From positions 58,540,464 to 58,604,463 of the forward strand of contig NC_043011.1 in NCBI RefSeq assembly GCF_006345805.1: a stretch of DNA of 64,000 nucleotides, written 5' to 3'. The notes below the pieces were generated by a model that saw only the letters and a list, made by a program, of their open reading frames with translations, had not been told where the DNA came from and searched no databases. The translations under genes were made by a program, and so were the position numbers. Shown piece after piece: positions 1 to 12,635 of this stretch (within the stretch, counting starts at the first letter, position 1; each line of letters starts with the position of its first letter). Origin of the DNA: Octopus sinensis (taxonomy: Eukaryota).

Positions 1-30
1 ATATATATACCATATACATATATATATATC

Positions 31-112
<82 letters not shown>

Positions 113-553
113 CCATATATACATATATATATATATATACATATAATATAATATACATACATATATATATACATATATATATATACATACATATATATAT
201 ACATATATATATATACATATATATATATATCATACATATATATAATATATATACATATATATATATACATACTATATATATACATATATATATACATTAT
301 ATATATATATATACATATATATATATACCATACATATATATATATATATATACATATATATCTATACATACATATATATATATACATATATATATATACA
401 TACATATATATATATACTATATATATATACATACATATATATTATACATACATATATATATACATATATATATAACATATATATATATATATATATATAC
501 ATATATATCATATATATCATATATATATATATACTATATATATATAATACATA

Positions 554-598
<45 letters not shown>

Positions 599-601
599 TA
601 T
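1..601. repeat. Degenerate (TA)n microsatellite with TAC/CAT interruptions
   Basis: Seen directly; it runs off the window start. Confidence 0.95.
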
Positions 602-1137
602 CAGTTCATTTTACCATTTTCCATAAATGAAAGCCATCGAGTTGTGCGCGTGCATGCGTGTGTCTTGTTTTGTAGGGAGATGTAACTTAGAAGTTACATC
701 AGATTAAATAATTGGTGGAATATTAATAATCAAAAGACTTCCTAATATTATTAGCTTTATAATTGTAAAGATCCTGAGGGAAAATATCGTTTCTTTATTA
801 AACGACCGCACATTCACCCTTGGAGAGGTTTATGCGGCAAATTTAATAAGCCATCACGTGATCTTCAGATCATTAAAGTGCAATAAATTCATGTAACTGT
901 GTGTGTGTACTTGTAGGTGTGTTTGTATGCTTCAATAGCATTTTTTAGTCTGTGTTATGAAATATTTATTTAACGGATATAATTTTGATATACTAAGATC
1001 CTGATGGCAAAAATTAATCACTTAAGGAAGAGAAAGTTTCGATTTCCTTGCCAATACAAATATACACCAACGTAGGTAAACATATACATAACCGCAAAAT
1101 CAAACGATATTTGTCAACAATATAACGTAAATATATA

Positions 1138-1340
1138 CTCATTTACTTGTTTCAGTCATTTGACTGCGGCCATTCTGGAGTACCGCCTTTAGTAGAGCAA
1201 ATCGACCACTGGATTTATTCATTGTAAACCTAGTACTTATTCCATCGGGCTCCTTTTACCGAACCGCTAAGTTACGGGGACGTAAACACGTCAGCATTGG
1301 TTGTCAAGCGATGTGGGGGGGGACACAAACGCGCAAACAT

Positions 1341-1377
<37 letters not shown>
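1138..1377 (-). mobile_element. SINE family B, 3' half plus internal microsatellite
   Basis: Reverse complement matches 5520-5720 and 49975-50173 (cttgacaacc...acgtccccgtaacttagcggttcgg...ggccgcagtcaaatgactgaaacaagtaaa). Confidence 0.9.
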
Positions 1378-2111
1378 ACTCTAGAATGAAACGGTCGGTG
1401 TTGAGACGAGCCATGTCGAACCAAGTGCATGTAGACTCGCATATGCTTTTATGTAACAAACAAGAGTTGACGACTTCACTAATAACCATGAATCTCTTGC
1501 TCATGATTTGAGAGAAGTGGTGACCTGCTGCATACATTCAAAGAGAAGAACGTTCCGAAAATACCAGACAGCAAACTAATGAATCAAATTCAAAGTACCA
1601 TAATATACAACTGGCAATGCAATTGATACGGCAATAAAAGAAACGCTATTCTAGTGGGGTTTTTACATTTAGTAAAACTCAATGAGCTGCATGGCAATGG
1701 GGAACCCATCGATCAAACACGTATAGTGCCCTGGTAAATAAGGATTTCTGCGGACTCTGCAATGCATCACTTATGACTCCGAACCAAGTAGGTCTGTCAA
1801 CATTTTAGACATAATCGACATACACAAAAGCACTCTGATGACGAACCATTGCTTTTGTGAATACAAAAATATGGTGTTGGTCGCAGCGCAGTGTACGCAC
1901 ACCGACGGAAAAGAGTAGTGGTGAGTAGAGACAGAGAAGTAGGGGTGCTGCACGATATAATAATAAGGGAGAACGTTGCCCATGTATATGCACACGTAGG
2001 TGCATCGACGGAGGTGCGCACCAGTGTACGGAAGACATATGGTGTGGGTATGGTTGGCTGTGTGGGGTTGTTTGTATGGCAATGTACGCATGCACTGATG
2101 GCCCGTGCTAG
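1378..2111 (+). mobile_element. Possible non-autonomous Helitron-like element
   Basis: Starts from a (TA)n run and ends gcactgatggcccgtgCTAG|T, a Helitron-type terminus. The subterminal hairpin is incomplete and the 5' TC is not resolvable. Confidence 0.35.
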
Positions 2112-2211
2112 TTGAAGGGTGCGAGAATGAGCGTCACATTATTAATCTCTCTTTGGAAACTACAGAAATAACTGAAAGTTGTTTGAAAGTGATATAAACC
2201 TGTCAATGGAA

Positions 2212-2442
2212 GGCGGTGAGCTGGCAGAAACGTTAGCACACCGGGCGAAATGCTTAGCGGTTTTGCGTCTGTCGTTGCGTTCTGAGTTCAAGTCCCGCCG
2301 AGGTCGACTTTGCCTTTCATCCTTTCGGGGTCGATAAATTAAGTACCAGTTACGCACTGGGGTCGATGTAATCGAATTAATCCGTTTGTCTGTCCTTGTT
2401 TGTCCCCTCTATGTTTAGCCCCTTGTGGGCAATAAAGAAACA
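2212..2442 (+). mobile_element. tRNA-derived SINE family A, full length, 22-bp TSD
   Basis: Head ggcggtgagctggcagaaacgttag with B-box-like gagttcaagtccc and core gtcgactttgcctttcatcctttcggggtcgataaattaagtaccag. gatataaacctgtcaatggaag is duplicated at 2191-2212 and 2443-2464. Confidence 0.93.
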
Positions 2443-2866
2443 GATATAAACCTGTCAATGGAAGTGAACAATATTTCATTTTTGATTATTTATATATGTT
2501 TGACTTTTGCATTGTATTTGTACAAGGTGATTCCAACTCTCACGCAGAGACCTCAAGAGACAACAAGTTAGACGTTCAAGTTGGTGTTATATTTGGTTTT
2601 CCACATAGTATTGTTGAAGAGAATGCTTAAGAAAGCATAATAAAATGATGAGTTCGTTAAATTTGAGATTACATAAACAGTATTTTACATAGAATATGGG
2701 CAGTTCCTATAAGCACTATCTTTTGAATTTCTGTCATTTTTGGTTTACCTGGTATCTGCGCTAGGTAGCAATCAATCCGTTTTACTATCATTCCTAGGGC
2801 GCCTATGACAACAGGTATTATTTTAGTCTTGATGTTCTACATTTTGTCATCCTCCTCATCATCATT

Positions 2867-3090
2867 GCCTTTGGAGAACTTCTAACGTTGGAGATGCACT
2901 ACGGTGTCAGCTGTTCACTGCCAGTGAACTAAGGTAACACCTTATTTTTCGAGCACCTTCCGGAGTATTCGAGCAGTCACAAGCAGTGCTGTTTTCTGCA
3001 AGCGCTTTTTCATCGACCACAACTGCTTAACTTCCCAATCTAATCTGAATTAGCTATTGCTTAACCTCCGATTCAAACCTGTCATATCTA
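2867..3090 (-). mobile_element. R4/Dong-like (RLE) non-LTR retrotransposon 3' remnant, internally deleted
   Basis: Minus strand translates RYDRFESEVKQ*...WEVKQLWSMKK-RLQKTALLVTARILRKVLEK*, homologous to the C-terminus at 33902 (LQKAALLGTAHILRKEL). It abuts (TTA)n. Confidence 0.75.
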
Positions 3091-3290
3091 TATTATTATT
3101 ATTATTGTTATTATTATTATTGTTATTATTATTGTTGTTGTTGTTATTGTTATTGTTATAGTTATTGTTATTGTTATTATTATTATTATTATTGTTATTA
3201 TTATTATTATTATTATTATTAATATTATTATTGTTAGTGTTATTGTTATTATTATTATTGTTGTTGTTGTTGTTATTAGTGTTATAGTTA

Positions 3291-3327
<37 letters not shown>

Positions 3328-3360
3328 TATTAATGGTGACTGCATTACTATTATTGTTGC
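3091..3360. repeat. (TTA)/(TTG) compound trinucleotide microsatellite
   Basis: Seen directly. Confidence 0.95.
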
Positions 3361-3783
3361 CGTTGTAGCTGCATGTGTGGAATTTTCCGTTGTTTTTGTC
3401 TTCACTTCGGGTTTATTTTATTCTATATTTTCTCTCCATTTTGTGTATATGTGCACGGATACATAACAGTGTGTATCTCTGTTAGATCAAATATGTAAGA
3501 GAGGGTGTTGACTCCAGTTCATTCCGCCCATCGATTTTCCCTCTTTCATGTACACCTACTTAGCAATGTGTCAGCTTATATTCTCCAAAACCATTGATGT
3601 TGTGGGTAATTCGCGTAACGTGGATATATACTGAGAAATCTGTACACTATATTTTTTTGTTAACAATACTCCCAAAGTAGAGATATGAATACGCGACTTT
3701 AGCAAGCTTCTGTGTAATTTTGTCAGTTGAATTACATATACATAAATACACACACACACACGCGCGCACGCACACACGCACAC

Positions 3784-3838
<55 letters not shown>

Positions 3839-4349
3839 ATATATATATATATATATAATAGGAGGGAATATTATTCCAAACTTACAGGGAAAAATTCAAT
3901 TCAGAAATACAAAATAAAATTTCACAAAATATAATATTTATATAAATGAGAAAAAACACCTTTTATCAATTCAAAATGAAAAATTAAATATATATATATA
4001 TATATATGCAAACAAATACATTCATACACACACGCATACGCACGCACACATACGCCGAAACACACATCGTCTATACATATTACTGGGTGATAATGCCAAA
4101 GTAGATATACAGTTATAAAAGAAAAACACGTACCATACTCCTTTATATTTATCAAAGAAAAAATAATAAACATAAGTTACCAAAAATCTATACTATGCTT
4201 AATGACCCCAAGAATATCAAAAAGGAAGCTTACTAATTAAATGTGCTAGCAATTTTGATCAATTAAATATCATAACATTAATGAGATACTTACTGTATAC
4301 CTAGTTTTGCACACGTTGATATGTGTGTTTATATATATATATATATATA

Positions 4350-4467
4350 GCACGTGATCACGTGACCGACCAAACCATCAGATGTTGTTACACATCGCTG
4401 GTCACAATGCGCTTCGCATTGGTTTAGCCTTCAAATGACGCCACCCCGCTGGCTAAGCGAGCAGGCC
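4350..4467. mobile_element. Short, GC-richer, highly structured insertion within (TA)n, probably a retroelement 3' end
   Basis: Bounded by (TA)n on both sides; palindrome cacgtgatcacgtg and several hairpins. Confidence 0.45.
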
Positions 4468-4497
4468 TATATATATATATATAATATATATATATAC

Positions 4498-4702
4498 ATG
4501 TTAATCCAAAACATGAAAACACAACAACGCAAGGACGTGGAACAAGTATAGTGGTTATTGGACGCTCAGGAAAGAGGAAAGAAGGAGGATTTAACGTTTC
4601 GAGCGGAGCTCTTCGTCGGAATCATAGGAAAAGGAAAGATCCAAGGAAGGGAAGACGGAGGAAAAAATCGCCAACGGTATATACGCGGCCACATTTTGAA
4701 TC

Positions 4703-4706
<4 letters not shown>
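4498..4706 (-). mobile_element. Penelope-like pLTR or retrozyme-like mini-element P1 with HHR-like core
   Basis: Flanked by (TA)n; homologous in opposite orientation to 55281-55500; HHR-like motif at 4561-4619. Confidence 0.7.
4561..4619 (-). ncRNA. Type I hammerhead-like motif (U4C variant)
   Basis: Minus strand CCGACGA-A-GAGC tcc GCTC-GAAACGT-(28 nt)-GCGTC; stems II and III pair, stem I is weak. Confidence 0.55.
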
Positions 4707-4739
<33 letters not shown>

Positions 4740-4744
4740 CGTGT

Positions 4745-4775
<31 letters not shown>

Positions 4776-5313
4776 CGTGTGTGTTTATGTATGTATATCT
4801 ATTTCTTCATATAAAAAAATAAATTAGGGGTTTCTTAGTAAAACATATATTGCTAAATAACAGAGATCGATAGAAAGCTATACTCGTGTGGATTAAAACA
4901 CAAATATTATCTTAACAAATGCGTTTATGTTTCTTCATACACAACGCAGCTTACACTTGATCACGTTGTAAGAGTTAACTCAGTTTAAATATAATTACAA
5001 CTATCCGCCTACAAACTTCTCCGTTCCAATATTCAAACATGTCCGATACTTAACGTTTCTTTCCTAGTTTCATCAATTTAGAACTAAGCTGTTGCAATTT
5101 TAATTTATTTATTCTTGGTTTTATTTATCTCTTATATATTTAATATGAATCTGATCTTTTTATATTAATATTTTTCGTTTCCTTCTACACAATGTCAGTT
5201 TTGTTTAATTGCCTCATAGCGGCCATTGACCCTTAAGTCTGCCTTCGTTGCTTTAGAAGATTTCGTGTGAAATCTACTTTACATTGTAATTTATGAAACA
5301 AAAATAAACAATA

Positions 5314-5463
5314 GGCGCAGGAGTGGCTGTGTGGTAAGTAGCTTGCTAACCAACCACATGGTTCTGGGTTCAATCTTGGGCAAGTGTCTTCTGCTATAGC
5401 CCCGGGCCGACCAATGCCTTGTGAGTGGATTTGATAGACGGGAACTGAAAGAAGCCTGTCGTA

Positions 5464-5506
<43 letters not shown>

Positions 5507-5720
5507 ATGTGTGTCTGTGTTTGTCGCCCTAGCATTGCTTGACAACCCATGCTCGAGTGTGTTTCAGTCTCCGTCACTTAGCGGTTCGGCAAAAGAGACC
5601 GATAGAATAAGTACTGGGCTTACAAAGAATAAGTCCCGGGGTCGATTTGCTCGACTAAAGGCGGTGCTCCAGCATGGCCGCAGTCAAATGACTGAAACAA
5701 GTAAAAGAGTAAAAGAGTAA
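5314..5720 (+). mobile_element. tRNA-derived SINE family B, near full length
   Basis: Head ggcgcaggagtggctgtgtggtaag...gggttcaatc, internal (TA)(TG) array, tail ggcggtgctccagcatggccgcag...taaaagag; near-identical to 49764-50173. Confidence 0.93.
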
Positions 5721-5771
5721 ATAACATTAACAAACCACAACTTCAAGAATCTCCGTCGGTTATTTTTATAT

Positions 5772-5976
5772 ATTTCTTTTCTACTCTAGTCACAAGGCCC
5801 GATTTTTTTTTTTTTTTTGTGGGGAGGTCAGTCGATTAGATCGGCCCCAGTACGCAACAAGTACTTAATTTATCGACCCCGAAAGGATGAAATGCAAAGT
5901 CGACCTCGGCGGAATTCGAACTCAGAACGCCAGGCATTCCTGCCGGCGTGCTAGCGTTTCTGCCTGCTCACCGACT
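5772..5976 (-). mobile_element. SINE family A, alternative-tail variant
   Basis: Core as in family A; tail ggccttgtgactagagtagaaaagaa. Confidence 0.88.
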
Positions 5977-6443
5977 TCCTTTTATATGTTTCTGAACTAA
6001 ATGTTTCTTCACTTGTTGAGTAAAAATAGCAAAAAAGCTAATGACCGACTGAATCCGAAATTCACAACACATTTCATCTTGTATACCTACTTACTGTTAA
6101 ACTTTGTTGCTTCATTACCGTTAAACTTGCATTAAACTAATAGCCACAGATATATGTGTATGCATAAGCACGCACACACAGACATACGTACACACACACA
6201 GACACACACGTATGTAATTTAATAACAGTATGACTGGGCTTCATGCAAATTTAAGGTCACTATGTTTGTAGAACATCGGCCGTCACCATTGGTGGATCTT
6301 TAAAAACGGGTTAGATTCGTGTTCAGAACCTACAAAACGTCAAGATGTACGTAGACCATTCAAACTGCTATTAAATAATAGACATAACCTCTAACACTAG
6401 TGCTGAGTCCGCTTACTTTCTTGTTAACCACATATATGCATGT

Positions 6444-6512
<69 letters not shown>

Positions 6513-6605
6513 TATGAATATACTGAGTAGTAAGGATAGATTCAGACACAAACAGAAAAACAGAGTAACAATGACTCAGAGGTGAACAATTGTATCGCTA
6601 ACAAA

Positions 6606-6742
6606 TCTATCTATCTATCTATCTATCTTTATATCAATCTATCTATCTATCTATCTTTATATCTATCTATCTATCTTTCTATCTATCTATCTATCTTTAT
6701 ATCTATCTATCTCTATTTTTATCTCTCTCTCTCTCTATCTAT
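6606..6742. repeat. (ATCT)n microsatellite
   Basis: Seen directly. Confidence 0.95.
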
Positions 6743-8247
6743 TTAAAAATTTGTTTTCCTCTGATGTATATTTTCATTTGCGTTTCCTGAAATCTGTGTG
6801 CTCCTTCTGCTGTGATCTGATTATCGTTTCCATTGTGCAGCTCTCTTTGTATTAATATATTTCTATATAGCTTTATGTTGCATTGTGTTGTTGAATGTAA
6901 TTCAATTTCATCATGTTATAAATGCATGCTGAACCGATGGGAGTGTGCTGTACTTTTAGGTACAATAAGAGATTAAGAAATATGAATTTTAGTACAATTA
7001 ACATCACAGGCACATTTGTAAATAGCAAGACCCACACTGGCATGATACCCTAAACTTGTATGAACTAAAACTAAAGATAAAGATATCATTAATAGGATAT
7101 CTCACCTCTCTTACCCGTAAATCCTCAACTAATAACTAATACGATTCCCCACAACAATGAAGCTTACAAGATTTCTGATTCCAACTTTTATACTGTCTAA
7201 AGATATGTGACAGTCCCAAGACAGTTACATCGTATACTTACAACAAACGGCAGAAGCATTGTAGTGTACCACATAAAACCAATGGGAATATTTAGGAAAA
7301 GCATAACGTAAAACTCATATTTTTCATAATTAAACACAGAAATACAACTCCACTGGGGAAAACAATATTCATAGAACAGTAAAATGTTGTGCTCTATACA
7401 CAGGTATCTTACACTAATAGCTAATGAAAATAAACTGAAGAACTTAGGGACATACAGCCATTCATTACGTCTATAAGCTGATCAATGATGTAGATTGCTG
7501 GAGCTGTACCAATTCAGTCATAGAGATAGAGTCTATTGGATGGAATAGCTAACTGTGAGTACACAGCAGGCCGTCCAGCATTAAACAAAAGCGCCAACAC
7601 ATCATTATCAAGAACGATATGAGACTAAATACTGTATTCCTCACACTTCTATGGCAATAACCGTTCCTGATGGATCACAGTGTGCTATATGAAAGAAATA
7701 TGAAGACAACTCACGTTTACAAGACGGGGTAAATAGGGATGTTTAACCATGGAATCGAAAGAATCTAACTGTGAAGCAGTGTCATTGTAACATGGGAATA
7801 AAAAGGAAGGAACAAAATCGCTCCACAATATCACGAAATACCATACGACTTCTAAGAACGAGAGTTGCGGAAATCTAAATGAATTAGCTGAAATGCACCC
7901 AGCTGGAACTGATCGAGGAAAAAAACTGAGCATCTGTAGATATAATAGCATTATATTCAATGGGGCTCCCGGAATGAAGTGCTTACGATATACACCGTAT
8001 CAGAGTTTTGGGAGTAAATTCACGACCCAAGATGGTGTCGTTTGAAATACAGAAAATAGTAATGAAACGGGTAGGAGACATGAATATAGCAGTCACTATC
8101 GGGGTGCGACCGGAACCTCGTAGACTGTAAGATGTTGAGGGCCGAAAAACTTCAGGAATTGGTGGTATCTGCAAAATTTCATGTTTATCGCACGCTATCA
8201 AGTTTCTTAAAACCCCGATCTCTCTCTCTACATTTGTACACATACAT

Positions 8248-8285
<38 letters not shown>

Positions 8286-8636
8286 GCACACATATATATA
8301 TATATATAATTAAATCTTAATTTCTTCTTTATTTCTTTATTTGTTTATCATTTACCAGCTATTGTGGCATTTAAAAAAAATTGCATTGTAATTTGAATGC
8401 CATTTGCTTTCAATGTCTGGTAAACAATTACTTTTGTATCACATATAGCTTGAATTAAATTATATTAAAATAAGTCTATCGTTGAAAATAAATCTACGTT
8501 TACAATTAAATTGTCAAATATCTAATTATATATATATACATATACACGACTATGCATATTATACGTATACTTATATGAATTCATTTGTAATCCGTCCCTC
8601 TTTGTATATGTATATCATTTCAGTCTATTCATTTAT

Positions 8637-8637
8637 C

Positions 8638-8734
<97 letters not shown>

Positions 8735-8787
8735 CTATCTATCTATCTATCTTTTTGTCTGTCCGTCTATATTTTATATGTACAAAT

Positions 8788-8820
<33 letters not shown>

Positions 8821-8935
8821 AATATATATATATTTATATTTATATTTATATATATATATACATACAAACATACATATATACACACCTCCACAAACACACA
8901 CATGCACGAACACACACACGCACACATTTACACAC
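8637..8935. repeat. Compound (ATCT)/(AACT)/(TA)/(CA) microsatellite
   Basis: Seen directly. Confidence 0.93.
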
Positions 8936-9851
8936 CTGTATATTTGACTAGATGTTTTCTTCAGTATTTGTAATTGAGTTTTCCTTTCACCGGTCAATTT
9001 ACATTCTTGTTAAACTATGTAAACTGAACTGCCGTTTCTATAACCACTTGCCGTGTTTATATTCCTCTCTATCTTAAAAAACGTTACTTTGTAGAATTTA
9101 CTGTTTTACTTCTCGTTGGTATTTTAAAAACATTTTCCCAAGATTCTTTATCTTTCAAATACTTTCAATTCAATTACTTAACTTTCCTTTCCCCGGTCAA
9201 TTTAGATTCTATTTTTTCCGTCAAGTTTATTTTCGACTTAGTAACATTTAACAGCTCCAATTCTACGGGCTAGAGATTAAAGTAAAGAAGCTAAACAATT
9301 TCAAATCTGCTGGGCTTAGAAATATAAAGCAGTTGTTTTCTGGAAATTTACTCATCTGATTCTGTCCTATTACTATTTCATTGAATTTCAATAAGGAAGG
9401 CGTTTTGCGGTAAGAAGTTCCATTTTCAACTACGTATTTCCTGATATAATTCCACTGCGTGGCGCTGGGTATCGTTTGTTAGAGCACCATTGCGCCAGGC
9501 TGACCCAATTCTTGAGAGTGCAATTGCTAGGCGGAGAGCGAAAGCATGCTGTAAATATCTATATGTGTGTGCGTGTGTGTGAGTGTGCGTGTGTGTGTGT
9601 ATGTGTGTTTGTGTGTGTGTGTAAGCCAATAAAAAGAAGACAAAGCAAAATTATTTAACAATTTAATAGTAAGTTATAAATGTTTCCGTACAATCTCCAT
9701 TTGCAACGCCAGTTTCCGCGGAAATTCTGAAAGAAAAATCATGTAATATTTGCGGTGTTAGGCATTGGAGAGACACTTCCTCATACTTGCATCAGAGGCG
9801 TGCTATTGCCTCCATATATATTTATATCTATAGCTGTAACTATATTACATG

Positions 9852-10015
9852 TATAACCGGCGTGCGATGAGTAACTTGTCATTGTATATTATTAAATTCG
9901 CGCGTGCGCCTGGATTGTTTTTGATTTTCTTGCATATACAGTAAAGTAGGTTTAGTTGTGCACCGTCTGTGAGAAAAGCAGCACCATGACGCAATTGAAA
10001 CTGCCAAAACTGGTT
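9852..10015 (+). mobile_element. Possible Tc1/mariner 5' terminal fragment
   Basis: TIR-like start after TA, followed by a short ATG-initiated stretch (atgacgcaattg...). No matching right TIR found; recognised from recall only. Confidence 0.3.
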
Positions 10016-11584
10016 TTGTCTTTCTATATATTCTAATGTTAAAACAAATTATAACGGTTATTAATTTATAGTGAAAAGATTAAGAACTATTTGCCCCATT
10101 GTTCGCTTCTCCCTCTTTTTGTGCAACAGCAAATAATCTCTCTTACCACATATCATAATATATCACTCGGTAAGAACTATTTACTGACGTACAAGGAAAC
10201 AGGAGAGCATAATTCTAACAAAGAGACAAAGAAGGAGAGAAATATGCAATTGAATGCATTTGTAGAATGCATTATAGATCTATGTTCTTCCACCTCGTCC
10301 ATTTATATTTCTAAAAGCAGTGCGTCATATGCTGACTTCGCGTTTCTATTTACAGGAGTCAAAGCAGAATTTAATTCTACGTTCATTAGGAGAAACATAA
10401 ATTCAGTCTATGTTCAGTAGTTAAAACATAAATTAATTTTATGTTCATTAGTTAAAACATAAACTATGCACCGTTCAAAATGTTTTTGGCTTTGTATCTC
10501 AAGCGACAATTGAATTTTATTTGTATGCATGGATGCCAATATCTTTGTCATATGGGAAAGATATACCGGGATACGGAAACAAAGAGGCATAGCAAAACAG
10601 CCCACGATCTCAGATCAAGTCACTCGCTATGCTAGTACATCTCCGTAAAAAAAAAAAGAGAATATATAAGAAATGATAAGTTTAATCCGTCAATATTATA
10701 ATGCATTGGAGTAGGAAATATAGTTAGATTATATTATTGATGATACTGGTTAAGTATATGAACACAAGATGGCTAAATGTGGTGATGAAAATCATGTAGT
10801 GAATAACAATATGGATGTAAATAATGATGATTTAGATGATAAATATATGATGATAACAATGGAAGTTATGATACCGAGGTGGGGGTGAGTTATAATAGGT
10901 TATAGGGGAATTTGTGGAATGGGGGTAGGATGTAATATGAAATGCTTGAAATAAGAAGTTTTATTTGAAAGTGATATTAATCCCAGAACAAAAACGTTCT
11001 TTCACGTCAAGGGAAAATATTTACCTCGAAGTATAATTGGTGAAACTAGTAAATATTTAAGTTTATTCTTCAGTGGTTGACCGATTCTATTAAGATTGTG
11101 ATCTTTTTCCAAACTAGAAAAGAAGATTATTATTTTTTCTTTTTCTAAAATAATTCGTTTTGAAAATATCTATTTTTACGTAAAGTTTTATCAGATTATA
11201 ATTGTGAGAAGAGTAAATCATACATATAAAATATATTTTTGTCAACATTAAATCATTCATACCACACTTTTCGATTTTTGTTTTTTCTTTGTTATTTTCA
11301 GCAGCTTTTTGTGATAAAAATAACGGAAACTAAGAGAAAGGAAACTGCATACACTAAAGTGGTAAATCATAACTCTCTCGTTTCTGAGTTCAAATCCCTA
11401 TAGAATCACTTTACAATTTTTCTTTATTCGTTTCATATTCCGTGTATTAGTAGGCAATATAAGTAGGGTAAGACTGAATGCTTGAAAAGAGTTCGCTCTA
11501 CATTCACGTTATCCAGGGTTCGAGTGCCATTTTCTACAGCTACACATCAACCCATGACATCTGAGTAAATCTCTGTAGACAGAA

Positions 11585-11967
11585 GGCGGCGAGCTGGCAG
11601 AACTGGTAGCACGCCGGGCGAAATGCGTAGCCGTATTTCGTTTGTCGTTACGTTCTGAGTTCAAATTCCGCTGAGGTCGACTTTGCCTTTCATCATTTCG
11701 GGTTCGATAAATTAAGTACCAGTTACGCACTGGGGTCGATGTTATCGACTTAATCCGTTTGTCTGTCCTTTTTTGCCCCGCTCTGTGTTTAGCCCCTTGT
11801 GGGTTGTAAAGAAATAGGTATTTCGTCTGAGTTCAAATTCCGCCGAGATCGACATTGCTTTCATCCTTACGGACTTGATAAAATAAGTACCAGTTGCGTA
11901 CTGAGGTCAATCTAGTCGACTGCCCCCCCCCAAGATATCGGGCCTTGTGCCTAGAGTAGAAATGAAT
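11585..11967 (+). mobile_element. Dimeric SINE family A (unit 1 with tail 1, headless unit 2 with tail 2)
   Basis: Core occurs twice (about 11655-11745 and 11828-11920); degenerate TSD aatctctgtagacagaa / aatctatggaaacagaa. Confidence 0.88.
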
Positions 11968-12369
11968 CTATGGAAACAGAAACTTAGCGACAAACCCATT
12001 AGATGGATTGCCCCTGTAATTAAGGATCACAGTATTGTCACAGTTTGTCTTGTTAACGTCGCCCCACAAATACATTCATACGCCAAAACCAACCACGGCC
12101 TGATAATTACTTATGAATTAATCAAAAGTAAACATATTGAGGGATACCTTTTTCTCAGATGCAGTCGATCGATGTCCTGAAAATATCAGAAATATTTCCT
12201 TCAAACCGCGTCTAATGGCTAAGGAGCGTAATAAGACAAACACATAGGAAAATGCAGTCATTGGCCCAAGAAGGACGGGATAGTCACCACTGGAACGGCT
12301 TTCATTATAGGTCTGCTCTTAACTAAAATTAAGCTGTAAAATCTTCAACAATCGACAACAGCAACGACA

Positions 12370-12635
12370 TTGAGCGAAAACACGTAAAGCTTCACGAGGC
12401 TCCGGCAGAGGGTGGTGGCGACCCCTGTTGTACTCTTTCGCTACAACTTTCTCTCACTCTTACTTCCTGTTTCTTGTCCCCGACTTCCTACGCAACCGCT
12501 GAGCCTGGATGCGCATTCATCCATCAGTCGATGCTCTCGGTGTCGGGGGTTGACCTGCTTTCTCTTCTGCGGGTCTTACGAATAGCAAAGGACCACGTTT
12601 CGGACTTCTCTCAGGACGAAGACCGCTTCGCTCAA
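12370..12635 (+). mobile_element. Unclassified ~265-bp interspersed element in a (CAA/CAG) tract
   Basis: GC-richer block with caacagcaac on both sides and 9-bp terminal inverted match ttgagcgaa/ttcgctcaa. Confidence 0.4.

Noticed and set aside
2212-2300. tRNA genes at SINE heads
   Set aside because: A/B-box-like motifs are present but there is no complete cloverleaf, and the sequence continues into the SINE body with TSDs.
6900-8220. Microsatellite-poor stretches (also 14900-15400 and 46990-47300) as possible host exons
   Set aside because: No sustained reading frame with recognisable motifs; small exons cannot be excluded without RNA-seq.
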